64,000 nt of DNA, taken from NCBI GenBank assembly GCA_025558095.1, contig JAIVFI010000036.1, forward strand, positions 186,001 through 250,000, written 5' to 3'. A program made the translations under genes and the position numbers. Source of the stretch: Hyaloraphidium curvatum SAG 235-1 (lineage: Eukaryota; Fungi; Monoblepharomycota). Positions 25,626 through 37,228 of this stretch are shown here, piece by piece. The notes under the pieces were generated by a model. That model had not been told where the DNA came from. It made no database searches and saw only the letters and a program-made list of their open reading frames with translations. Position 1 is the stretch's first letter. Every line of letters starts with the position of its first letter.

Positions 25626-28600
25626 ATGAACCGCAAAGCGGACGAGAATCTCGGAGGTGGAGCCTCGGAAGCCGATGATGAGACACGGCTAAGGGTCTGG
25701 ACGGAGAAGATCGAGGCGTGGAGAAGGGCCAAGGGAGCGTGGATGACAGCCGGTACGTCGCGGGCCGCCCCTCCTGCTGATGGTCCCTGCCTCAACCAAA
25801 GCAGATCAACAGTATGAGGTTGCGATGGAAATGGCACGGGAAGGAAAGGCAATCCCGCCGGACGACAGCAGGCGCGTTGCCACGATCCTACGCAACCGCC
25901 TACTCGACGAAGCCTTCGACTGGCTTAAGCAGCTCGCCATAGATCCAGAAGCACCGCATGCGCCGTCGCTGCTCTTTCTCGGGAAGCAGTATGCCGCAGA
26001 CCGCCGGTGGGCAGAAGCTCTGAAGCTCTACGTATTGGGGGCGGAGGTGCGTCGATCCCGGGCACGATCATTCAATGGCTGAGCGTTGTGCACAGGTCTG
26101 CAACAACCGAGAGAGCTGCTTGAAAGCAGCCGAGATCCTTGAGAAAGGTCCAGGGGGAGTCCGCAAGGATTCGAGGCGCGCCGCACTGCTACGCGAGAAA
26201 GCAACCCGTCTACCGTACGTCCCTCTTCGGTTGTCGCGACTTCCCTCATGGTCTCTGCCAGACTCTATCCTCCCCCTTCCTTGCCGGCCAAGACCGCACC
26301 GACGCTGCCTGCACGCTCCTTCAGCGAGTCCAAGGTTGCATCCAGCACGGAAGATAACGGGCCGCAAAAGGTTGCCAACCGGCCAGGCACCGTCACCAGT
26401 GCGGGGACGAAGGAGGAGAACGCATATTCCTCCCCTGCGCTAGAAGAAAGGCCCGGCCAAGTTGAAACGCAGCCACCGCCTGCTGTTTCCAAGGAAGCTG
26501 AAGCCATACCAGGGGCATTTCCTTCGACCCCGAAACATGTTGAGGCATCTGGCATCCTGTCGCCAGCGCCATCTTCCGCTCAGTTGGCCGGGGAGGTTAC
26601 AGTTCTGGAGTCGCGGGTCGGATCCATCAATCTAGAGGCTTTCTGCGAGGAGGACATACCGTTCAACAGCAACGACGAGGAGCCGGATGGCAGCAGGGAA
26701 TCGGGGCCGTGTGCACCGCTTCCGCCGAGCCGAAAGGGCACCCCGGCGGCTAGCATCGCCTCCAGAACCGAATCTCTTCGAGCGTCTCCCGTTTTGGGAC
26801 CCCACGTGGCACCAACTCTGCCTCCCCGATCCATGTCATCACTCAGTCTCTCCAGGACAGAATCGCCCGAGCCCGAAGCTGCACGGTTTTCAAGTGCCAA
26901 TGGGGCCAGTACAACGCATATAGCCAGGTCAACGTGCGTATCCCACGACTTGCTGGGATAGTGACCTTCATGCAATTCGTTGATTCCGGTTCCCGTTGGC
27001 AGATGGCCGGCGGATTCCCCCGGCAGTGCCGAGCCGCGCATTCTTTGGAATTCCGAGCAGTTCAAGGACCTGGATGCATGTAGGTGATTTTCTGCAGCGA
27101 GGATGAGGACAGCTGACTTTCGACGCAGATGTCCAGCATCTACCTGCCCCCACGGGGCTCAGTGTGGAGGTGTTTTGCAAGAAATACCTGCTGCGGACGT
27201 GCAAAACGCAGCTGGACGCCGTGCGAGCTGCTTTCGTTTGGATCACGGAGTTTGTGGCCTGGGACGAACAGCGCCAACGAGGCTATTCCAGCCGGACAGT
27301 CTCGCGTGCCAATTCGTCGTCGTCGATCGCGTCGGTAGAGAATCACGGCAGTCCAGAGGAGTCACAGGAAGTGCTTTCGACCCTCAAGGCACGCGGACCC
27401 GGCTTCGCGAACCTCTTTCTAGACATGTGCAGGGCGGCAAAGGTGCCGGCGCTGAGAGTGGACGGCTTCCTCAAAGGTTCGTTGCCATTGGAGGCCTGGG
27501 CTCGAATGCTGACTCGAGACATGCATGTACGCAGGTTCACAGGAAAGCCTTGGATGGTCATTGCTGCCCACTTCACCGAACCACGCATGGAACGTAGTCA
27601 ATTTGGACGGTGTGGCTTACGTCGTCGATTGTGCTCTCGGTGCCGCAAGTCATCCTTGGAACGGGCGTCCGAATGCGCTCTCCGCTCCGGAAGCCAAAGG
27701 GTCAAAGGGAACCCCCAACCCAAAAGCATCGGCCAACTTCCACTACTTCCTGATGCCGCCGCTACGAGCGATCTATACCCACTACCCTGCCGAGGACAGG
27801 TTCCAGTTTCTGGTGCGCAAAATGGACCCGGCCGCGTTTTGCTCGCAGCCCTGCTACAGGCCCGCATTCTTTGCAAATCGGTTTGCGATTCCAGAGGCTT
27901 CGGGGCGCACAGTGGAAGCATGCGGCGAACAGATCTACACGATCAAGCTCAACATCGGGGAAGACGTCATGGTCCGAGCCGAACTGGTAATGGACGCCTT
28001 CGAAGGAGATCGCGAGGCGTCTTTCGGATCGATGAGCCGCAAGACGTCAGTGGAGGTGGTCGCTCTTCCGTCATCCGGATCGGCTTCCACCGCCTCCTTG
28101 TTCGGAGGCTCCACTTCATCCTTGGGCTCCACTGTTGTCGAAGTACGGCGCAAGCGCCTCGCTCAGGCCCAAATTCTCTACGAGCTTGCCGCCAAGGTCG
28201 AGGCAACAGATGTGGATCTAGGGCAGCGGAAGGCCGCGATCGCCATCAAGATCGCGAACCGCGCTGGGCCGCAACGGCTGGGCGGCACCCTCATGATCTT
28301 TGCCGGAAGCAAGCAGTCTTTCGATCGAAACACTGTGGACCAAATGCCGCTCGCGATCATGTACCGGGTCATCCACCTTGCCCGCGACGAGGTTTCCGCT
28401 CATCTGCCGGTCAGCCTGCTTCCTATGCAGTTTGAATTCTTTGCCAGCCATCACACCGAGCCGGAATTCTACGTGATGGATCCGCTGGCTTACGCGCTGC
28501 AGCAGAACGACATTGTCACGTTCCGCTGCCGCCTCAGCAACCCGTGGGGCCACCACGCCAAGCTCCTCCCGCGGATGTGCCTGGACTCGGACGGGCGCCG

Positions 28601-28784
28601 AATCCTGGAAGGACCTGTCAAGGTTGTTCTCCTTACACCCAAGGAGGAGCGCACGCTTCCGTTCGACAACGAAGCAAAGACCTGGCAGCTGACGGTGAAG
28701 GCGATCGAGAAAGGACCGTACCTGCTTTCCGTCTACGTGACGCAGAAGAAGCTGCAATCCTTCGCGACGTGGAAGGTTGTGTAG
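25626..28784 (+). CDS. Cyk3/KY-peptidase-like transglutaminase-fold protein with N-terminal Sel1-like repeat
   Basis: VRAAFVWI, GFANLFLDMC..RVDGFLK, NHAWNVV..VDCALGA, HYFLMPP..IYTHYP; N-terminal helical repeat AFDWLKQLA..LFLGKQY. Confidence 0.7.
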
Positions 28785-28898
28785 GCACGTCGCTCCGTCG
28801 AATGCAAAGAGCCGTGCGGAGCCTGATGGAAGCGGCCGGTCAAGCTGGTCAACCGGTCAACGGCTTGCCAAAGCCTCCAAACACCGTTGAAGCGCGCC

Positions 28899-29462
28899 AT
28901 GTCCACGCCGCACGGCCAGCTCTTCCACATCCCGGAGATTTACTCGTCGCCCGATGGCCTTGTCGGAAGGAGGGTCCGCATCCTGGGCCAGTGAGCGCCA
29001 GAACGTTGCCCGATGCGGGGGACCTGGGTCCCAACCTCTTCTCGCAGGCTGAAGCAGTACCTGCCGGGGGAGGACCTCATGGTCCTGGAATACCGAGATG
29101 CGTGCGTGCTCGTGGACTCCAAACTGCTAGATGTGTTCCAGCACAGGCTGAGGAGCGCGTACCAGATCATCGGAGACGTGGACGAGCTCGCGGTTCGTGG
29201 CCCGTCGTTCCCGTCGGCCCCGACTGAGGAATCGCAGGTCCTCCCGCCGCCATTCGAGGCATCTTCAAGCGCCTTGAAGCATCGGTCGCGGAACACCTAC
29301 CCGGTCCTCAGGGCCCAGGTCTTGCGATGCGTGGACGGCATAGACCTGACCCTGTACGCCAAGGCCATGGACATCTTCAGGGAGCAGTTCCCGTCAACAT
29401 CAGATCGTGCGAGTGTGCATCAGCCTCGCAGGTACACGGGCGGCGGTATCTCTGGTATATAG
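28899..29462 (+). CDS. TEN1: CST telomere-capping subunit Ten1 (OB fold)
   Basis: GRRVRILG|..VLVDSKLL..YQIIGDV..VLRAQVLRCVDGIDLTLY resembles Ten1. Confidence 0.75.
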
Positions 29463-31034
29463 CGGTCAAAGTCTTTGGCGTTGTACGCGGCCAGATCCTC
29501 TGGCGACAGCGCCACATCCGGCTCCCCTTCAGAGGCAGGTGCCGGATTTGCGAACGACGGCGGGCCGGACGACGAATGGCCGAAAGCCGACTGGCCAAGC
29601 GCGGATTGGCCGAACGCCGATTGACCAAATGCCGATTGGCCAAATGCCGATTGGCCAAATGCCGATTGACCGAATGCCGACTGGCCGAAAGCGGAGGGTT
29701 GGGAAGCGGCAAAAGCGGAAGCTCCGAACGAAGAGGTCGGCCGTTGCGTTGCAGGGGCCTGAGCCGGGGGCGGTCCAAACGCAGATTGCGTTTGCTGGTT
29801 GGTTGCGCTTTGGAACGACGGAGTAGGCGCGCTTGCGGCAACGGTAGCGGCGCCCTGCATAGCAGCAGCGCTCTGGAAAGAGAAAGCCGAACCAGATGGC
29901 AACCCGGAGAAGCCCGCGGGTCGCGAAGGCTGCCCGAACGCAAGGGGGCCGACTCCTGTCGGCTGACTTGCAGCCGATGGAGCAGGCGCCCCTTGAAAGG
30001 CGTTGGCGGCACCACCGAAAGCGGGCGATCCGAAAGTTGTACCAGCGCCTCCCACCGCTTGCGACGCCCAGTTGGTGAACGCGCTGCTCGGTCCCGCCTG
30101 CAGCGCTTGCTGGCCGGCAAACGCTGGTGCGGCATGCAGTCCACCTCCGGGGGTTGCAGATCCGAAAGTCCCTGTTCCGGAAGATGGTTGGCTTGCAACT
30201 GTAGAAGCTGCAAAGGCCGTCGACGGCCCGAGCGAAGGCTGGCGACACAACAGTCAGCGCGCCATCCCCGCAGCACAACCAGCACCTTACGTTGGCCACA
30301 ATACCGCCGAATGCGCTTCGCGGCTGTGATGCTGCTGACGAAAACGCAGAAGTGGTGCCCAATGCGGCGTTGGATGATGCTGCCGCGGGCGCCTGCAACC
30401 CTCCGTCTCTCCAGTACAGCCCGGGAACCTCCAACGGCTGCTGGGGAGGCCGGTGGCCTCGAACGATCTCTTGAGGTCGGGCAAGCAGTGTCCGCACCCT
30501 GTTCTCCATTTCTCTGTGCACTCCGACCCACAGCTGGTGCTTTGGGGGAGGGTGGGACAGGGAAGCACGCTTAACCGCAGAGTGCTCACATAGCCGTGTG
30601 CGCTTCCACTCTTCCTCTCGCGGTAATAGAGCTCACGCAGCTCCTCGGCGCTCACATCGGTCCCCGAGATGTCGTTCCCCGGCTCGTCCTTCGTGTGGTT
30701 GAAACAACTGATTTTCCAGTTCGGTCGATCCACCCCCTCCAAATCGATCCTCAGCGCCTGGATCTTTGCGGCCTCGTCACCGTAGGCCGCCGGAGCTCTC
30801 CCGGAATCCCGTTGGAACGCGGAGTGCTGGCCAACGCCCGCATTCCGATCTCCAAAGGCGGAAACAGCGCTCGGGGCCGCGGAGAACGCGCTGCGCTGGC
30901 TCGGGATCGCATGGGAGAAGCGGCACGAGTTTCCGTATCGGCAGTTCCCTAGTAGATCGTCAGTTGGACACCTGGGCCGACAGCGGCGATGTCATCGTGC
31001 CTTGCTGGAAGTACTTGCAGATCCCGGCACTCAT
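29420..31034 (-). CDS. NUP42: FG nucleoporin Nup42/Amo1 (CCCH finger, SAFGQ repeats)
   Basis: N-terminal CKYFQQG..CRYGNSCRFSH; WKISCF..DVSAEELR; SAFGQ repeats; C-terminal IPEIPPP. Confidence 0.85.
29580..29692 (-). repeat. 15-bp coding tandem repeat (SAFGQ)n in NUP42
   Basis: About 7 units of ccgaatgccgattgg-like sequence. Confidence 0.9.
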
Positions 31035-31195
31035 GCTATCCGGAAAGTGAAGGACGTGCTTCTCAGCTGTACATTTGGTTCAAAGGGCCTCCGAATCGCT
31101 GCCCGAATCGTTGGGACCCGCTCTTGTCGCCGCCGCACCCGCGCGTCGATCGCGTCCGCGGACGACGACATCACGGTCCGTCAACAAAGACGACA

Positions 31196-32951
31196 ATGGC
31201 AGCGAACGGGGCTGATGGTGCGATGCGAGATGCCTGGTATCGGCTGAAAGACTCGCCGGGAGCTGACGCGTTCTCCGGGCCTCCCAGGCGCCAAGGAGCC
31301 GGCCGGCGAAGAGGCCCTCACGGCCGGGCTCGCCAAGCTGAGCACGGCTCCGTCCAAGACCGCATGGGCGGATGTGGTGGACGGCGATTCTCCGACCGCG
31401 GAGACCCCGAAGGAAGCTGCGGACTCGAAAGAGATGGACGCTTCCGCGGGCCCCGCCAGGGCGGAGGAGTCGCGGCTGCGGGAGGTCAGGGACGGCGCTC
31501 GGGAGGTGGAGGTGGAGCTGAACGAGGAAATCCGGGGCAACGACGTGCTATACCGCGGAATGGCCACGTTCGAGGAGATGGGCCTGACTCCGGAGCTGCT
31601 GAAGGGGGTCTACGCGGCCGGGTTCGAGGCGCCATCCAAGATCCAGGAGAAGGCGATCCCCTTGCTGCTGCACAACCCGCCGCAGAACCTCATCGGACAA
31701 TCGCAATCGGGGACGGGAAAGACGGCTGCTTTCAGCCTTTCGATCCTCTCCCGCGTGGACCCGAAAGTGAAGGCCACCCAGGCGCTAGTCCTGGCCCCGT
31801 CGCGGGAGCTCGCGCGCCAAATCTACGACGTCATAAAGGAGCTGGGGAAGTTTACCAGCGTGGACATTGCCCTGATCGTCAGGGACTCGTACGATCGCGA
31901 CGGCAAAATCGACGCCCAGGTCGTGGTTGGCACGCCTGGGACCGTCATCGATGTCGTCCGGAAGCGGACGTTGAACGTCCAGAAAGTGCGCTTCTTTTGC
32001 CTCGACGAGGCGGACAACATGTTGGATCAGCAGGGTCTCGGCGATCAGAGCGTGCGCATACGGGGGTGGGTGTCGGGAGTGCGGGGACCGGCGCTTCGCG
32101 GCTGATTGGAAATGGTGCGCTCGCAGGCTCCTCCCGAAAAACACGCAGGTCGCTCTGTTTTCGGCAACGTTCCCCCCGGCCGTCCGCGCCTTCGCGGAGA
32201 AGGTCGCCCCGCAGGCGAACAAGCTCACGCTGAAGCAGGAGGAGCTCTCGGTCGACGGCATCAAGCAGCTGTATATGAACTGCACCGACGAGGCGCACAA
32301 GTTCGAGACGCTTGTGAATCTCTACGGGCTTTTGACCATCGGGCAGAGTATCATCTTTGTCAGCGTGAGTGCTTCGAAGTCTCAACCATCGGACCGGGCT
32401 AACTTGCAATTAGCGACGAGACGTTGCGGACCGCATTGCGAAAGAAATGACCGAGCAGGGCCATAAGGTCATCTCCCTGCACGGCGGCTTCGATGCTGCG
32501 GAGCGAGATAGCGTCATGGACGCCTTCCGCAGCGGCAAAGCCAAGGTGCTGATCACAACGAATGTCCTCGCGCGGGGCATCGACATTCTGATGGTATGCT
32601 CCACTTCTTGTTTTTCGCTTGCTACCGCTAATCTCTCTTTCTCAGGTCAACGTCGTCATCAACTACGACATGCCGACGGATGCGCAGGGCCGGCCCGACC
32701 CGGAGACGTACCGTGGGTTGCAGCGGGAGGACTTGCTTATGCCGTTCTGATCGCAGCCCGCATTCGCAGTGCACCGCATTGGTCGCACGGGGAGGTTCGG
32801 CCGCAAAGGCATCTCCATCAACTTTGTGCACGACCGAAGATCGCGCGAGCAGATGAGGTACATGGAGGATTACTTCCAGCGCCCGATCACCGAGGTCGAC
32901 GCCTCGTCGCTTGAGCATATCGAGGAGATGCTGAAGAAGTTTATGTCCTAG
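31196..32951 (+). CDS. DBP5: mRNA export DEAD-box helicase Dbp5/DDX19
   Basis: [71 protein letters not shown]. Confidence 0.96.
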
Positions 32952-33289
32952 CTGTAGCTGTACTCGATATGACACATGCCCGGGACCCCTGCATGGCGAT
33001 CACTTGAGTGCTGTAGCTGGTAGCTGTCGCTCGAATGACATGCCGGGGACCCCTGGCGATCACGTTGGGGCGTGCTGTAAAGGTGGCGGTCCCAGCCCGC
33101 TGCGAGTGAGGCAAAACCAGGTGTCGATACTCGAAAACAGGTCGAACAGCGTTGTTCTCCATAGCCGATGCCCGGTGCGCCGACCCGATAAGCTCGGGAC
33201 CGCGCTCGGCTTCAGCAGCAGACGGGGGGACGCCGCCGCGGGCCGGGGAGCAGCGGCCGGCAGCCCCGCCTGAGGCAGCGGGGGGCGCC

Positions 33290-35530
33290 ATGAGCGCCGT
33301 GGCCGCGTGCCCGCCGCCCGCCAGCGAGTACCGCGAGCCGCTGGCATACGGTGAGTGCGGCCGCCGCGCGCGGTGCGGCGGCGCTGAGCGGCCCGCAGCC
33401 TTTGCATCCCGGCCGGTGCCCGCGATGCCCGACAGGCCGCCCGCCAAGCGCAAGCGCGCAAAGACGCCGCCCGACGTCATCGTCATCTCCGACTCGGACT
33501 CGGACGGCGACGATGCCCGGCCGCCGCATCGGGCGCCGCCGGCGCAGAGGGGGCCGCACCCCGCGGACGCGGGCCTCGCAGCGCAGCGGGAGGCCGCCTC
33601 GCTCGCCGCGGCTAGGCACGCCGGGCCGGTCGCCGCGGGGTACCGCCCGCAGGCAATGCCCCGCACGGACTCTTCGCACGGGCATCCGCGGGTGGCCGAC
33701 GCCCAGCCGGCGTCGCACGGGACGCACGCCGCCCAGCACGGCAGCTTCCTGCCTTCGAGGGTCGATTCGGGAACGAGCACACTCGTCAACTCGTCGAGGG
33801 TGTCCGGATACGGGTACGGCTCATCTTCCAAGTCGTACGCCACCCAGGCCGATGCCGCGTCGGACCGGAGGTCGGACTCGGCAGGGATGCACCCCAGCAA
33901 ACGGCAGAAGAAGCAGACCCCTCCGAAGGCGTACTCGGTCGAATCTGACGACGGTGCAGAGGTGGCTCCGAAGGGGACGGGACCACAGAGCACGGCGGCG
34001 TCGTCGACGGTCTACACGCCAAACAACAACGTGGGGCACGGCGTCGCCATTTGACCGCCATCGGTCGCTCACGACGTATCCCTTGCATTCGCAGTCTTCG
34101 TCCGTTAGATCTCGGGCTCCGTCGTGCGACGACAAGGAGGGGCACTACAAGATCGTCACCAACCAGCTCTTTGGACCCAGGGATCGCTGTTGGTTCCCGC
34201 CACTTCTGGTGCACCTCGCCAACGTGCTCACGCGGGCGTTCTTTTGCAGACAAGATCATCTCGCTGATTGGGCAGGGAACTTTTGGCAAGGTCGTGAAGG
34301 CGTGGGACAGGGAGGCGCACACGTTCCGGGCGATCAAGATCATCCGTGCGGTGCAGAAATACCGGGAGGCGAGCTTCGTGGAGATTCGCGTGCTGAAAAA
34401 GCTCAAGGAGCGGGATCCGGGCAACGAGAGGTTCGTTTCCCGCGCTCTGGGCGGCTCGAGGGTGAACAGGATCTGAGCAGCGCGATTTCCAGGCGGTGCA
34501 TCCATCTGCTGGATCATTTCGATCACCGGAATCACGTGTGCATGGTCTTTGACCTGCTGGACAAGTCCATCTTCGATTTCCTCAAGGAGAACGACTTCAA
34601 CCCGTTCCCGTACAGGCAGATCAAGGACTTTGCCTACCAGCTCCTCCGCGCCGTCGCGTTCCTGCACGACGAGCTGCACTTGGTTCACACGGATCTGAAG
34701 CCGGAGAACCTGATGCTGGTGAACGCGAGCGCGAGCCACAACCATCTGAGCAAGGTGAGATGATCGAGCAGAACCGACAATGGGGCGTGCCGGCATCGAG
34801 TCCAGAGGATACAAAAACTGATTTAATGAGACGGAATCTTCTGTCGACAACATACCTTCGATGATGGACTGGCACCGGCTCGTTGGCTACGGTTCTGGAG
34901 AGCGGACAGCTGACCTCGCCCCCTTCCGCAGCGCACGCCGCACAAAGGCCAGCAGGAGCTGAGGAGCACGGAGATGCGCCTGATCGATTTCGGATCCGCT
35001 ACCTTCGATTCGGACTACCATTCGTCGATCGTCTCCACGCGCCACTACCGCGCGCCCGAGATCATCCTCGGAATGCGGTGGTCGTACCCCTGCGACGTGT
35101 GGTCGGTCGGCTGCATCCTGGTCGAGTTCCTCACCGGCGACGCGCTGTTCCAAACGCACGACAACCTGGAGCACTTGGCGATGATGCAGATCATACTCGG
35201 TGACTTTCCCAAGGAGTTTCTGCGCAACGTGGGTCCGCAGGGTGCCAAGTACTTCCGGAAGGACGGCAAGGTCGATTTTCCCAACGCCGAGACGCCCAAA
35301 TCGAGCATCAAGTTCGTCAAAGGCCTTAAGCCGCTGGCCGTGGGTTGACTGCATGTGGCGAGCGCGGTGACGCGCTTCTGACGCCGGGCCATTCTTTCCA
35401 GGAGATTTTGCAACCGTCGGACCGACAGTCTTTGGAGTTTTTGAACTTGGTGAAATCGCTGGTGCACTACGATCCTTCCCGCCGGATCACGGCCGCTAGC
35501 GCGCTGAAGCACCCCTTCTTCATTGACTGA
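33290..35530 (+). CDS. LAMMER/CLK dual-specificity kinase (Kns1/Lkh1)
   Basis: [55 protein letters not shown]. Start is approximate. Confidence 0.93.
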
Positions 35531-35711
35531 AATTTGCGCAACGGCCGGTGGAGGATCGTGCGCGGCGGAAACGGGACCTTTGGGTATTGATCGGGGCGGC
35601 GCCGCGGCGCGTGGGGCATCTCTTTGACTGCGACCTGGAACCTTTCGGATGGACTTCACTCTGTCTGGCACGCTGTGTACCAAAGCATCATCTCAATTCC
35701 AGATTGATGGC

Positions 35712-37103
35712 TCAATCTATCGCCTGGGGCGAATTCCTCATGCGCTCCAGAACGTACTGGAGCGGCGCAAGGTCCATCTCGGGAACGCCCCGCGCGAGCA
35801 GCTCGGCGACGTCCTCCTCCAGCAGCCGCAGGTCGCACGGCATGCTGGATTCGACGGCGCGGTAGAGCTGCGCGCGGCCCTGGATGTGCCTCGACCCCGA
35901 GAGCAGCACAAATGCCCACAGGGCGCCGACCTGGATCGCGTTGCTCTGCGGGGTCGCGAAGGCATCCCGGCGCTCCACGTTTAGGATGTTGCGCGCCATG
36001 CGCACGAGCACCTCGATGTCGGTCGCGGGGCGGAGGTAGTCGTCCAGATCGACGCCCATCAGGGGCTGCGCGGCCAGCATGGCGCGCACGTCGGCGCGCG
36101 AGAGCAGGGCACCGCCGCGGTACATGTCGACGAAGACGTCGTCATCGCTCGGCGGGTCCGGCAGCCCGTCCTCGGCGGGCTGTGACGCGAGCTTGGTGAG
36201 CATGTGGCCCGGCGAGGAGATCATGTCGATCGGCACACCGCATCGGTCCGCGACCACCTTGAAGACGAGCCCGAGTGTGATGGGGATGCCAGTCCTGTCG
36301 GCCACGACGCGGTCCAGCATCGAGTTCTTGGCCGTGTAGAAGCCGACCGATTCGGCGCCCTGGAAGCGCTCGGTCTCTGCCAGATACGAGGCGATGGCCT
36401 CGGCGCGCGCGACCGGGGTGGCGTCCGGCGGCAGCGGCAGGTCGCGGGCGTTTGCGGCAAAGGCCTCGATTTTGGACTCGATGTCTTGCTGGTAATCGAC
36501 GTGCGGGTGCGCAAAGAGCGTGAACAGCGAGGCGGCCAGCAGCAGCGGCACCGGCTCCTCGGCCACGTCCCCGCCGGCGGCCCGGATTTCTGCGTGACGG
36601 CGAACCGTTCTCAGCTGGCGAATGACCCAGCCCCTGCGGATCGAGCCCAGGGCGGTCTCTGCCGCCTCGCGCAGCAGCTGCAGGTGCGGGTGCCCGTACG
36701 ATCCCTTTATCGCGGCCAGCAGCGCGTCGAACGCGTCCAGGCCGAACTCGGCGGCGAACTCGCCGATTCGACGCGTCCGATCCTGGGTCGGTGCGTTGAC
36801 GATGGCGCGCAGCTCTGCCAGGGCGCGCCTGTCGGCGAGGTGGCGGGCGCGGTACAGCAGAAACTCGGCCGAGTAGGCGAACGGCGCGGGCGGCGGCGGG
36901 TTTGCCAGGATGGGCGCGCCGTGTCTCCAACGGCGGGCGGCGAGCTCCGACCAGCGCCTGCGGGGGGCGGGTGCACCGTCGACTGCGCCGCACACGAACT
37001 CCCGCCACGCGGCGCACGTGCCCGACAGCGCTGCGAGCTCGGCATGGCCTAGCTGGGAGACCAGCGGCGACCAGAGGTCGGGCGGGAAGCGAGGATGTGC
37101 CAT
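35712..37103 (-). CDS. F-box plus transglutaminase-like (FBXO21/SirB1-type) protein, intronless
   Basis: N-terminal F-box-like PPDLWSPLVSQLGHAELAALSGTCAAWRE; NSMLDRVVADRTGIPITLGLVFKVVADRCG..SPGHML; VLVRMARNI. Confidence 0.75.
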   Translation of the reverse strand: MAHPRFPPDLWSPLVSQLGHAELAALSGTCAAWREFVCGAVDGAPAPRRRWSELAARRWRHGAPILANPPPPAPFAYSAEFLLYRARHLADRRALAELRAIVNAPTQDRTRRIGEFAAEFGLDAFDALLAAIKGSYGHPHLQLLREAAETALGSIRRGWVIRQLRTVRRHAEIRAAGGDVAEEPVPLLLAASLFTLFAHPHVDYQQDIESKIEAFAANARDLPLPPDATPVARAEAIASYLAETERFQGAESVGFYTAKNSMLDRVVADRTGIPITLGLVFKVVADRCGVPIDMISSPGHMLTKLASQPAEDGLPDPPSDDDVFVDMYRGGALLSRADVRAMLAAQPLMGVDLDDYLRPATDIEVLVRMARNILNVERRDAFATPQSNAIQVGALWAFVLLSGSRHIQGRAQLYRAVESSMPCDLRLLEEDVAELLARGVPEMDLAPLQYVLERMRNSPQAID

Positions 37104-37228
37104 GTAAATGTTTGTTTGGCCTTCGGCTAACCGGGGGTTTATTCGGGTATCACGCGGTTAGGATCCCCCAGGGCCATCCGCAGCGGCCGCAGCAGTTCGG
37201 GGGACCGCTGACGACGCCGCAGTCCCCG

